A DNA stretch of 48,763 nucleotides, taken from the NCBI GenBank assembly GCA_963663805.2, contig CAXXMR010000028.1, positions 1 to 48,763 on the forward strand, written 5' to 3'. Source of the DNA: Sedimentisphaerales bacterium (GTDB lineage: Bacteria > Planctomycetota > Phycisphaerae > Sedimentisphaerales > SM23-30). Positions 1-9,946 of the stretch are shown piece by piece; position 1 is the stretch's first letter, and every line of letters starts with the position of its first letter. Made by a program: the position numbers and the translations under genes. The notes below the pieces were generated by a model, which worked only from the letters and a program-made list of their open reading frames with translations, made no database searches and was not told where the DNA came from.

Positions 1-127
1 TGATTTATCTGTCTCCATCGGCATAGAAAGGGAACTGTCGTTGGCCCTCAATACAATCTCCGCGTTAGAAAATCGCCACAAAGAGAAAGCCCACTGTAAA
101 GGCGTACAATAAACTTTTTTGAATCAT
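1..127 (-). CDS. 5' fragment of a probable secreted protein (runs off the window start; one apparent indel in a T-run)
   Basis: GGGAGA SD then ATG at 127. Reads MIQKSLLYAFTVGFLFVAI (signal-peptide-like). Removing one T gives an open continuation SNAEIVLRANDSS... to the window edge. Confidence 0.45.
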
Positions 128-280
128 ATAGTCTCCCGTTTCCAATACAAAATTAAGACGAACAACCAATTACTCGCATAATAGCAATATCAGGCCAGAT
201 GGGAAAACCCCAAATAACCTATTTACTTATGTCCCTTTGCTGACATTATTGAACATTCGATCAACACCCCTCCGCCATTT

Positions 281-316
281 GTCCATCCTGTCCACTTAGT
301 CCATTATGTCCAGCTC
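281..316. repeat. 4 x 9-nt imperfect tandem repeat (GTCCAnnnn)
   Basis: GTCCA at 281, 290, 299 and 308, an exact 9-nt period. Confidence 0.7.
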
Positions 317-684
317 GCCTCCTGCCCTTCAAATTTTTCCACACCCTCAGCACCTCCCCCCGCCTGGGGCGGCATTTTGCCCGCTATTTTTTGAAACTAT
401 GACTATATGACGGAACCGTCAAAAGTCCAAATCAAGCTAAAAAAAACACTCTCACGCTCAAATATTGAAGGAGCGAAAAACTTTTGACGCTGGCGTCCTA
501 TATGGTACTTTTTTAGGAAAAATCACCCCAAACAGGTGATATAGTATAATCTCGTTCCGCCAAAAATCAAAAAAACGCCCAAAAACCGCAAAAAACCACG
601 TTTTTCTCACCGAAAAACCCCCAAAAGAATCACCCAAAATCGGTTATTCTGTAACATTAGCGCTGCTTACCCAGCCCCATAGAC

Positions 685-713
685 TTGACGATAGAACCAC
701 TCACGGGTATAAA
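685..713 (+). promoter_or_regulatory. sigma70-type promoter for the SHOCT-clpX operon
   Basis: TTGACG(685-690)-N17-TATAAA(708-713). Confidence 0.6.
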
Positions 714-721
714 CTATCAGC

Positions 722-993
722 ATGAATACAGTTTTTACACGGGTCTTAGGCCGGACTGACCCTTGGGGATGCATATAGTCCCCGCTGCCCTGTTACTGCT
801 ATTTGTCGGGGTGGCAATTGCCGGAATTTTCTGGCTAAGAAAAAAATTTGGGGCTGGCGATGAATCGCAAAGCTTTAAAAATAAAGTGTTTACACTTAGC
901 CAAATTAAAGAAATGCACCAGACCGGCCAAATTACCCAGCTGGAATATGAAACGCTCAGAGACCAGATTATACACCAGACCCTGAAACCATAA
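722..993 (+). CDS. small membrane protein with C-terminal SHOCT-like domain (probably one G missing at ~765; in-frame part 763-993)
   Basis: TM helix IVPAALLLLFVGVAIAGIFW and SHOCT-like LSQIKEMHQTGQITQLEYETLRDQII. ATG722 joins this frame if the G-run at 765-768 is one longer. Confidence 0.65.
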
Positions 994-1013
994 AAGGAAA
1001 GGATAAGCCCTAA

Positions 1014-2295
1014 ATGGCCAAGTCAAAATCAGGCGATGTCGCCCGTCGCCGTAATCATAATTGTAGTTTCTGCGGCAAGAGCGACAAGGACGTCGGACCC
1101 ATAATTGAAGGCCCTGACCAGATTTACATCTGTGCTAGCTGTGTCGATCTCTGCGCCAACATCATCCGCCAGGAAAAACGCAAAGGATTCAGCAAGGGCT
1201 TCGCTTCTGACATCCCCGCCCCGCGTACTATCAAAGAACACTTGGACAATTACGTCATCGGCCAGGATAACACCAAGAAAAAACTCGCCGTCGCAGTCCA
1301 CAATCACTATAAACGACTCGCACACGCCGATAACTCTGACGGAGATGTCGAAATCGAGAAAAGCAACGTCCTGCTCATTGGCCCAACCGGCTGCGGTAAA
1401 ACCCTGTTGGCTCGTACCTTAGCTCGTTTCCTGAACGTTCCTTTTGCCATAAGTGACGCGACCACCTTGACAGAAGCAGGCTCTACGTTGGTGAGGATGT
1501 CGAGAATGTCATTCTTCGACTCCTCCAGAACGCCGAATTTGATGTTGAAGCTGCCCAGCGGGGTATTATTTATATCGATGAAATCGATAAAGTCGGTAAA
1601 ACCAATCAGAATGTTAGTATTACCCGTGATGTTTCCGGCGAAGGTGTCCAGCAGTCCTTGCTGAAGCTTCTGGAAGGCACCGTAGCCAACGTCCCCCCTC
1701 AGGGCGGTCGTAAACACCCAGAACAACAGTACATACAGGTCGATACCTCCCAGATTCTCTTCATTGTCGGCGGAACCTTCACCGGCCTGGAAGAAGTCAT
1801 CAAACGCCGCCTCGGCCGCCAGATGATTGGCTTCAGCTCCGAAGAGAAAAATGCTAAATCTGCCGAAGAGGAAACCAAGGACGTACTGCCCCAGGTAACA
1901 CCCACCGATTTGGTACATGTCGGCCTGATTCCCGAACTTATCGGACGGCTGCCCGTAATCACCACGCTGGAACCACTAGACGAAGCGGCCCTCGTAAAAA
2001 TTATGAACGAGCCCAAAAACGCCCTGGTACGGCAGTACAAAAAGTTCTTCGAAATGGGAAGGTGCCGAGCTGGAATTTACCGAGGACGGTTTGTTAGCCA
2101 TTGCTAAAAAAGCACTTGAGAGAAAAACCGGGGCCCGTGCCCTCCGTGCCGCCGCGGAGGAAATCATGGACTGACCTCATGTACGACCTGCCCGAAAAGG
2201 GCCAAAACGCCCATTATCTCATTACCGAGGCCATAGTCAACGGCCAGGAACCTGCCATCGCCGCATTGGTCAAAAACCGAAAAGAGACCGCCTGA
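1014..2295 (+). CDS. clpX: ATP-dependent Clp protease ATP-binding subunit ClpX (3 apparent indels at ~1482, ~2057, ~2169)
   Basis: Zn finger CSFCGK...ICASCV, Walker [36 protein letters not shown] and GARALR recovered across frames. Confidence 0.97.
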
Positions 2296-2478
2296 AGAAC
2301 ATATTACCGGTTATAGACCCCTGCCCCAAACTTATGGTACTTAGTTATAAAGCCCCTGAACTTGATGGACGATACAGTGATAGAGGCTGGCGGGATATAC
2401 TGACAGCAACATACAAACTGGTGAGAGTAGCCCAAACACCTTGTGTCACTTAGTCGACATGCAGAACTTGAGGAAGCT

Positions 2479-2706
2479 ATGGCAGTTACAATAATGTGCC
2501 CTAACTTACGGTGCAGAAAAGTACTTATGGTACCAACCAAAATGCGCGGCAAAAGGGTTCGTTGTGCCTACTGCAACACGGTTCTCTCAGTCCCGTTCGC
2601 CAAAGCCCATGTCAGGGAAAATCAGCACGAGCCCGCCCTGGCATCCGTTGGGGAAGATGTCCTGGAACAGGATGGGGGAAAAAAGTCCAAGAAGAAGAAA
2701 AAATAG
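2479..2706 (+). CDS. small zinc-ribbon protein with basic C-terminal tail
   Basis: GAGGA SD; CPNLRC...RCAYC motif; C-terminal KKSKKKKK. Confidence 0.75.
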   Translation: MAVTIMCPNLRCRKVLMVPTKMRGKRVRCAYCNTVLSVPFAKAHVRENQHEPALASVGEDVLEQDGGKKSKKKKK

Positions 2707-2732
2707 TCTGATAAGGACCTATCCGGGCTCAA

Positions 2733-2951
2733 TCAGGATTCCGAACTTTGTTTTTGTTCTTCGTCGCTGGCCTTATCAATATCTTCCTTGATGCCCTTCA
2801 GCCCTTTTTTGAACTCGACGATGCTTTTGCCCACACTGCGGCCCACATCCGGCAGACGATTACCGAAAATCAGAACCGCCACAACCCCAATAACAATCCA
2901 TTCTGTAGGACCAGGCATCCCAAAGCTCAACAGCATATCAACGTAACTCAT
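2733..2951 (-). CDS. tatA: twin-arginine translocase TatA/E subunit
   Basis: GPTEWIVIGVVAVLIFGNRLPDVGRSVGKSIVEFKKGL is the TatA signature. Confidence 0.95.
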   Translation of the reverse strand: MSYVDMLLSFGMPGPTEWIVIGVVAVLIFGNRLPDVGRSVGKSIVEFKKGLKGIKEDIDKASDEEQKQSSES

Positions 2952-3064
2952 ATTAGCACCCTTAGTTATATCTCGTCTAATTCTCAGCTTTGGCCCAATA
3001 CCAACACAAAACCAGCCAACTCCCCGCATTATAACAGCTTATCACGCCCTTTGCCAAGCCATTC

Positions 3065-4255
3065 TCAGTAATCCTCAAACCGCCCCGGCTCCAACGGCTC
3101 CAAATCCTGATAAGCTCGCAGATTAACCTCAATATGACGTGCCCAAACTTTTTCTGGTTCCAGAAACGCCGCCCGCCTCGCCCGCATTTCCGCGCTGGGC
3201 GGCCGCTGAATGATTTTCTCAATCGCCTCACAAAGCTGCCCCGCATCACCAGGCCTGATGCACTCACAGCCCATCGCTCGCAAATCACTATCAATATAAT
3301 ACCGCGGATTTTCCGATGTCACCACCGGCAGCCGCGCCAGCATTGCCGTTTGCAATGATGTGTTTCGCATATCCGCCCCCCGCCCCGGCAGAGACACAAA
3401 AATATCAGATGCCGCCAACCCCTGGGCAATCTGTTCCTCACTGGCGTACCCTGTCCAGTGCAATTCCGCCGCCAGTCCCAGCTCCTTCCCCAATTTCTGG
3501 CAGCCGTGATAATAATTGTCCGCTCCCGGAAACGCTCCGCCCATCATAATTCCGAATACCGACCTGCCCCGCTTCTTCAATTCCGCCAGCCCCCGCAGCA
3601 CCACATCAATATGACGACCCGGATGAATGAACCCGAAATAACTCACACACCAGGCGTCTTTGGCAATTCCCAACTCCGCGCGAGCTTGCAGCTTATCTTC
3701 TGCCGTCGGGGCCTGTCCCGCGAAATGACTGCTCACCGGTGCCCGATACAATTTAGATTCGGGAACGCCCAGCCGCCGCACCGCCTGCTCATCTCGACTG
3801 TTGGAAACCACCACCGCGTCGGCATTGTGCAGCAACGGATAATAACGATATTGAAATAGCTTGCGACCTACCGCGATGTCATGCTGCATCACCACCAGCC
3901 GAACCCGCGGAGCAAGTTTTTTTAATATTGGTCCCACCCGCGACATCACCACGCTGCGCCATCCCACATATCGCGCCGTCGGATTCTGAATATGAACAAT
4001 GTCAGGCCGCTCCGCCAGAATCAATTCACATATCCGCTTCGCTTGCACCAGCGACCAACTCTCGACCCGCGGCAAAACCCGATACCCTTGCGCTAAACCC
4101 ACATCGACAGCTTCATCGGCAGAAGTCAGCACACTAATATCATACAAACCCAGTTTCTCGGTCCGCTCAGCAATCAGCCTCACATGGCCGGCCACCCCGC
4201 AGGTAATACGCGGATAGCTGCCCGAAACTATCAGAAGCCTGGGTTTACCTGACAA
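3065..4255 (-). CDS. glycosyltransferase family 4 (GT-B)
   Basis: YPRITCGVAGH, PDIVHIQ, YFGFIHPGRHID and SLQTAMLARLPVV motifs. Confidence 0.85.
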   Translation of the reverse strand: MSGKPRLLIVSGSYPRITCGVAGHVRLIAERTEKLGLYDISVLTSADEAVDVGLAQGYRVLPRVESWSLVQAKRICELILAERPDIVHIQNPTARYVGWRSVVMSRVGPILKKLAPRVRLVVMQHDIAVGRKLFQYRYYPLLHNADAVVVSNSRDEQAVRRLGVPESKLYRAPVSSHFAGQAPTAEDKLQARAELGIAKDAWCVSYFGFIHPGRHIDVVLRGLAELKKRGRSVFGIMMGGAFPGADNYYHGCQKLGKELGLAAELHWTGYASEEQIAQGLAASDIFVSLPGRGADMRNTSLQTAMLARLPVVTSENPRYYIDSDLRAMGCECIRPGDAGQLCEAIEKIIQRPPSAEMRARRAAFLEPEKVWARHIEVNLRAYQDLEPLEPGRFEDY

Positions 4256-4283
4256 GGAAACTCCTCACCTTCAAAAACGTCCC

Positions 4284-5558
4284 CTATTTTATCGCTTTGG
4301 CCCCGATGTCCCGACGGATAGTGGCACCTTCAAACGAAATTGCATCAACCGCCTTATAGGCCGCCTTCTGAGCCGCTGGAATATCCCGCGCCAAAGCCGT
4401 CACGCCCAACACTCTGCCGCCGTTGGTAACGATTTCGCCGTCTTTGCTCGCTGTGCCAGCATGGAACACTTTCGTATCAGGCAGTGCGTCCGCCGCTTCG
4501 ATACCGCTGATAACTTTACCTCTTTCGTACGAGCCCGGATACCCGCCCGACGCCATCACCACGCAAACCGCTGGCCGCTCATCCCATTTCAAACTTACGC
4601 TTTCCAAATTCCCTTTGCACACCGCCAGCATAACTTCCAGCAGGTCATTTTGCATACGCATCATAATCGGCTGAGTCTCCGGGTCGCCAAACCGCGCGTT
4701 AAACTCCAGCACCTTCGGCCCGCCGGCGGTAATCATCAGCCCGGCGTAAAGCACGCCGCGGTAGGGTGTCCCGTTACGGTTCATCCCATCGACAACCGGT
4801 ACCAGTACTTCGCGTTCGATAAGTTTCATAACTTTTTCTGTTACGATCGGTGCCGGCGTATAAGCGCCCATCCCGCCAGTGTTCGGCCCGGTGTCACCTT
4901 CGCCGATGGGCTTATGGTCCTGGCTCGATTCCATCACGTAAATCGTCTTGCCGTCCACAAACGCCAGGATTGATGCTTCCTGTCCGAGCAATTTCTCCTC
5001 GACCAGAATCCGCTTGCCCGCATCGCCGAAAATCCCGTCCACCATAATCTTCTCAGCCGCCAATATCGCCTCCGACGGCTCATCGCAAACATAAACCCCC
5101 TTACCTTTGGCAAGCCCCGTCGCCTTGACCACCACCGCCGCGTCGCGCGAAGCGATATAAGCCCGGGCGCTCTCGAAATCATCGAACGTCTTGCCCTCAG
5201 CGGTAGGAATCCGGTTCTCGTGCATAATTTTCTTAGCAAACGCCTTATCACCTTCCAGCGCCGCCGCTGCTCCGCTGGGCCCGAACGCCATAATCCCCGC
5301 CGCTTCCATCGCGTCCACCAGCCCCATAACCAGCGGGTCTTCCGGCCCGACCACCGTCAGGCCAATATCATGCGTCTTGGCGAAATCCACCAGGCCTTTT
5401 ATATCCGTGTCAGCGATATCGAGATTCGTCCCCAGCTGGGCCGTACCCGGATTGCCCGGGGCGATATACAGTTTACCGATGTTTGGTGACTGATTCAATT
5501 TCCACGCCAGGGCATGTTCCCGCCCGCCGCCGCCTACCAGCAATACATTCATCATCAA
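4284..5558 (-). CDS. purD: phosphoribosylamine--glycine ligase
   Basis: GGGGREHALAW, VGPEDPL, QDHK...GPNTGGMGAY, EFNARFGDPETQ, TNGGRVL. Confidence 0.98.
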   Translation of the reverse strand: MMMNVLLVGGGGREHALAWKLNQSPNIGKLYIAPGNPGTAQLGTNLDIADTDIKGLVDFAKTHDIGLTVVGPEDPLVMGLVDAMEAAGIMAFGPSGAAAALEGDKAFAKKIMHENRIPTAEGKTFDDFESARAYIASRDAAVVVKATGLAKGKGVYVCDEPSEAILAAEKIMVDGIFGDAGKRILVEEKLLGQEASILAFVDGKTIYVMESSQDHKPIGEGDTGPNTGGMGAYTPAPIVTEKVMKLIEREVLVPVVDGMNRNGTPYRGVLYAGLMITAGGPKVLEFNARFGDPETQPIMMRMQNDLLEVMLAVCKGNLESVSLKWDERPAVCVVMASGGYPGSYERGKVISGIEAADALPDTKVFHAGTASKDGEIVTNGGRVLGVTALARDIPAAQKAAYKAVDAISFEGATIRRDIGAKAIK

Positions 5559-5790
5559 TTTCCTTGCTTATCCAGCCTAATTCCTGCCAAACGCACATTG
5601 CCCGGCCATTGTAACAGGACCGCTCCACCGAGCCAACCTCATTTTTGCCCCCAAATCCCCCATTTCTTGCAAATTGCCGCGAGAAAAATAAATGTACCGG
5701 ACACCGTTTCCCATAATAGTGATGGAATTGGGGGCGTTTTCGAGGAGGGAAAGCATTGACAAGATTTGGTTTAGTAAGTAACTTTAAGCT

Positions 5791-6237
5791 ATGGACTTAT
5801 GCGATAAATACAATCTGGTGGAAGCGGTTTTCTGGATTTTGTGCGGGTTGGGGGTGGTTTGGTCCGGGGTTTGGGGGGATGTTAAGTATCGGTTGGTGTT
5901 TGGGTTGGGGGCGGTTTTGCTGATATTGTTTGGGGTTTCAGACTGGGTGGAGATGGGGACGGGGGCTTGGTGGCGACCTTGGTGGCTTTTGGTCTGGAAG
6001 GGTGGGTGTTTGGCAGGGTTTTGGGTTTTGATTGTTTGGTACCGGAAGCTAAAGGGGGAAGGGTTCAACGGGGATGGACTGATTGGGGGAAAAAAGGGGG
6101 GGAAGGTGTACGGTACGATTTCTAACCTCATATCCAAGAGGAGGAAAATGTTGAAAATAATTATTATCTGCCATCTGGAGCATAGAAGAAAACTAAACCT
6201 TCAGCTTAAATTGTCGGACTACCGCATCCTTGAATAA
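5791..6237 (+). CDS. small Trp-rich membrane protein (true 3' end probably near 6070-6130)
   Basis: Three hydrophobic segments and FGVSDWVEMGTGAWWRPWWLLVWKGGC. The C-terminal part is low-complexity and overlaps the SDR 3' end. Confidence 0.55.
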   Translation: MDLCDKYNLVEAVFWILCGLGVVWSGVWGDVKYRLVFGLGAVLLILFGVSDWVEMGTGAWWRPWWLLVWKGGCLAGFWVLIVWYRKLKGEGFNGDGLIGGKKGGKVYGTISNLISKRRKMLKIIIICHLEHRRKLNLQLKLSDYRILE

Positions 6238-7028
6238 TCTCTGCGGCAGAATCGCCTTCATAATTGGTACCCAGAACGCCGCGTCACCGGCCCGGTAGCG
6301 CAGCTTTGGTTCTTTCGTCCGGGCGATTTTCAATACCAGTTTTGCTACGTCTATCGGGTTGCCTCCTTTGCGTACGCCCTTGACGAAATAATTATGAACC
6401 ATGTCCCGAATTTCATTATAATCCCAGATAGCCTCCGCCGCCGCTCTTCTGCTGCTTACTCCCAGTTGCGTACGATAAAAACCCCGGCTCGATCAGCGAG
6501 ACTTTGATATTATAATTGGCCAGCTCATAAGCCAGCGTCTCGCTGTAACCTTCCAGCGCGAACTTACTGGCCGAATAAAATCCCCGATAAGGCACACCCA
6601 CCAGCCCCGACAGTGAACCGATATTGATTATTCGCCCGCCTCCGCTGCCGCCGCATCTGGGCCAAAAAAGCCTTGGTTACCCGCACCGTCCCGAAGAAAT
6701 TCGTCTCGAACTGCTCCTGTGCATTCTCCATCGTCGTCTCTTCGATAAACCCGCTCAATGCGAACCCCGCGTTATTGACCAATACATCTATCCGCTCGGT
6801 CCGGGCCAGCAAAGTCTCCGCACAACGCTTGACCGATTCATCACTGCAAACATCCAACTGGAGCATCTCTACCCCCTCGATAGTCACCCCGTCAGGCCGC
6901 CGCGAAGTGCCGAACACCCGATATCCTGCCCCGGCCATAACTTCAGCGATATGCCTGCCGAACCCCGACGATGCACCTGTAACCAGAACCACCTTCTCTG
7001 CCGAATTAGTATTGGCCATATTATTCAT
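6193..7028 (-). CDS. SDR family oxidoreductase (split by apparent indels)
   Basis: VLVTGASSGFG, VNNAG, catalytic YSASK and IEPG, spread over ORFs 6564-7028, 6416-6601 and 6193-6402. Confidence 0.9.
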
Positions 7029-7225
7029 CTCGCTTCAACGGCTCATGAGCCTTCCGCCCGTAAACCTTCTCATAAGCCCGACATTGCGGGCAGAACTTAC
7101 CTTCCACGAATTTCACAAACGCAAACAGGAAGCCTCCCTGCTTCGCCCGCGCCCGTTTGCATACCGGGCAAGTCAGACACCCCCCGCGCCAGCTTCCGGT
7201 CCTTCTCCGTAATTTTATCTTTCAT
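7021..7225 (-). CDS. 67-aa Cys-rich hypothetical protein, absent from the ORF track (one extra base in the C6 run at ~7180)
   Basis: Corrected translation MKDKITEKDRKLARGCLTCPVCKRARAKQGGFLFAFVKFVEGKFCPQCRAYEKVYGRKAHEPLKRDE*. It fills the dsbD-SDR gap and its stop overlaps the SDR start. Confidence 0.7.
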
Positions 7226-7246
7226 AAAATCCGTTTCTGTTCGCCG

Positions 7247-9153
7247 TCACTTAGCTTCATCCATAACCTTTAGAAGCGTCTCTAGCCCAAATAAATCCCG
7301 CAGTACCACAGGCCGCGTATAATCCTTCGCCCCGAACATAACCGTAAACGGCAAACTCTGCGAACCCAGCCTCTCCAGCATCTCACTTACCGCCGGGTCA
7401 TTCTGTGTCAAATCCGCTTTGATAAAAACAATATTTTTTTCTTTGAGCTTCTCCTTAAACGCCTCATCCACAAAAAACCGTCCTCTCCAGATACTCACAA
7501 TTCTTGCACCATTTCGCCGTAAACTTAACCAGCACCGCCTGCCCCTGACTGTGATAATCGTTCAGCTCCGCCGCCAGCCAGTTCGAGTTTTTTTGTGGCT
7601 GGGTTTCCGCTGCCCTGTTCCGGTTGCGCCGATGAAACCGAAGAATAAGTATACCATCCGCCCAGCAGCATCGCCGCCCCCGCGATTATCCGCATAAACT
7701 TCGCCGATAGTCCGGGCTCGTGGCGTTCACCGCGTACCAGCCCAGCCAGATACCAAAACCCACCACCACGCAGAGCATTAACAGCGGCATCCGCCACGCT
7801 GGCTCAAAAAGAAAAATCAGATAAACCGTTATCCCCATCATCACAAAAGCGATCGCCTGCTTCAGCAGTATCATCCACGTCCCCGGCTTGGGTATCCGAT
7901 TCAGCAGAGATGGAAAAGCCGTCAGCAAAAACATACGGACTGGCCATCCCGACCCCAATCACCAGAAACACCGCCATCGTAACCTGCGTCGGCTGCGTAA
8001 CCGACCAGGCCAGTACCGGCCCCAAAAGAGGCCCACTGCACGGCGTCGCTAATATCGTCGCCAGCATCCCCATCCCCAACGCCCCCCAAATAGCCCTGCC
8101 GAACAATCGAGATATTGGACACCTTACCCGGCAGCACCAGCTCAAACACCCCGAACATCGACAAGCCCAAAACATAAACTATCCCCAGTATCACAAGCTT
8201 AAACGCGTTTGACTGAAACTGCTGACCGTAGAACAATTGAAATACCGACATCACCAGCGCCAGCCCCGCGAACACCAATATTATCCCCAGCCCAAAAACC
8301 AGAGCGATCTTAACCGTGCGATATTTCTCGCCCGATTCCTGGCTGGTCTGGTTCTGCTGTACAAAGAATCCTATTACCAGCGGAATCACCGGCAGCACAC
8401 AAGGCATTAAATTAAGGAAAAATCCCGCCGCTACCGCCAGCAGTATCCACACCACCCAGGTCTGAGCCGATACCTCCTGATATTCCACCGGCTGGTAATC
8501 CTTAATCATCACCGCCGCGCCGACCGACCCATTCCCCGCACCATTTTTATTACCCGACTCTGTCCTGCCCCCCTGCCACGACACCAGCCTCGCATCCTTA
8601 AACAATTCCGCCCGCTCCACCGCTCCCGCTTCCTCCCCCACCGCTACCACCAACCCGGCCTGCTCCGACCACGGCAGACAAGAACCCTTATCACTGCAAA
8701 GCAGCCCCTTCAGCTCCAGCTCAATGGTTGCCTCTCCGCCCACTTCGTCCGTAATATTCACCGGCACATAACAAACCGCCCGCCCTTCATATATGTGGTT
8801 ACGCGCATCCAGAAAATCATCCCGGTACTCCTGGCCCGCCGGATAAATCACCTGACCAAATGTAATCCCCTCTTTTGCGACCGGGATTATCTCCGTGTCC
8901 AAGTCCCAGCTCACCCTGTTTCGGATTAGCGTAAAGATGCCACGGCTCCTCAATCTCCAGCACAACCGCCAGCAAAAAAATCCTGCCCCTGCCCCACCGG
9001 CTGATACTGAGGCACTAACTCAATCGCGACATGATTTTGCTCCGCCGTACCCCTGTTCCCCGCCCCAAAACCGAACTGACCATAAACAGGCCCACCCAAA
9101 AATGACCCTAATATCATCAGCCCTAAATAAACCAGAATATCCTTCTTCATCAA
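7247..9153 (-). CDS. dsbD: thiol:disulfide interchange protein DsbD (multiple apparent indels)
   Basis: N-domain WHLYANP and CSDKGSC; TM motifs NLMPCVLPVIP and LATPCSGP; C-terminal thioredoxin FTAKWCKNC. Confidence 0.9.
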
Positions 9154-9330
9154 ATTTACTCCAATATATCGAACAAATTATGCAGAGGTAGGCCCATTCG
9201 CGCCGTCTAAACTTATACCTCATATACATTATGTCAGCACTAACACATTTATTCAAGAAAACCCCTACGATAATCATTTACATTATTTTTGGATAACTGT
9301 GTGATCCTCGCCGTTGAATGCTTATTTTAC

Positions 9331-9359
9331 TTGACCCTGACAGACAAACTCCGTAAAGT
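9331..9359 (+). promoter_or_regulatory. sigma70-type promoter upstream of the long rny leader
   Basis: TTGACC(9331-9336)-N17-TAAAGT(9354-9359). Confidence 0.6.
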
Positions 9360-9365
9360 CAAGCA

Positions 9366-9946
9366 CTAGAGTTTGCTGATACGGAGTATTGAAAACAGGA
9401 AAATCCAGTTAGGGCCTGCCCAATAGCGGGCCAAATAGCTTAGAAAGGAGCGTAACTCTTTGTTCTGGATGGACTTGTAGGTTCCGTTGTGGTAAATGCC
9501 GGATTATTTTAAGCGCTGGTCATTCCAATTAGGCCCACTCGGCAGGAAGGACCGGACGGTGACTTGGCTGAGGCGAACTTGGTTTCAGCCGCCTGATATA
9601 TGCAACTGCCGCGAAATACATAACATGTTTCGCGGACGCGACTTACACCAACCTGAGTGTTGATGAGGATGCCGCGTATGGTGACATTTACACTAACATG
9701 CTTATTGAGAAAACCTTACGGTCTCTAAGTAGCTTTTTGCTGCGCTGCTGAAGTGTGCGTTTATCGGTTGTTCAGGTCTAACCCCGCTTATCATTGATTC
9801 CGCATCCCTGCCCTCAACGTTATCTGGTATCTCCGCCAGTAAATCATTAGTTATTGTTGTAGCTGCCCCGTCAGTGGCATTACCTCTGGCGGCAGACTGG
9901 TAGGCCGCAGTGATTCGGCCCTTGATATACTTGAGGAGATGCGGAT
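9366..9946 (+). ncRNA. candidate large structured RNA / 5' leader of rny (family unassigned)
   Basis: No credible ORF. Many nested complementary segments, many needing G-U pairs that work only on the + strand, e.g. TAAGCG 9510-15/CGCTTA 9785-90, CCGCGAAATA 9609-18/TGTTTCGCGG 9626-35, TCCGCATC 9799-806/GATGCGGA 9938-45. Confidence 0.55.

Noticed and set aside
9212..9239. dif-like site CTTATACCTCA-TATACA-TTATGTCAGCA
   Set aside because: The right arm and central hexamer resemble a XerD arm and dif core, but the left arm lacks the ATAA of a XerC arm and skew does not change here. At most a half-site.
9394..9792. RNase P RNA resemblance (CAGGAAAATCC ... AACCCCGCTTA)
   Set aside because: The two segments cannot form the P4 helix and deviate from GAGGAAAGUCC and ACCCGGCUUA.
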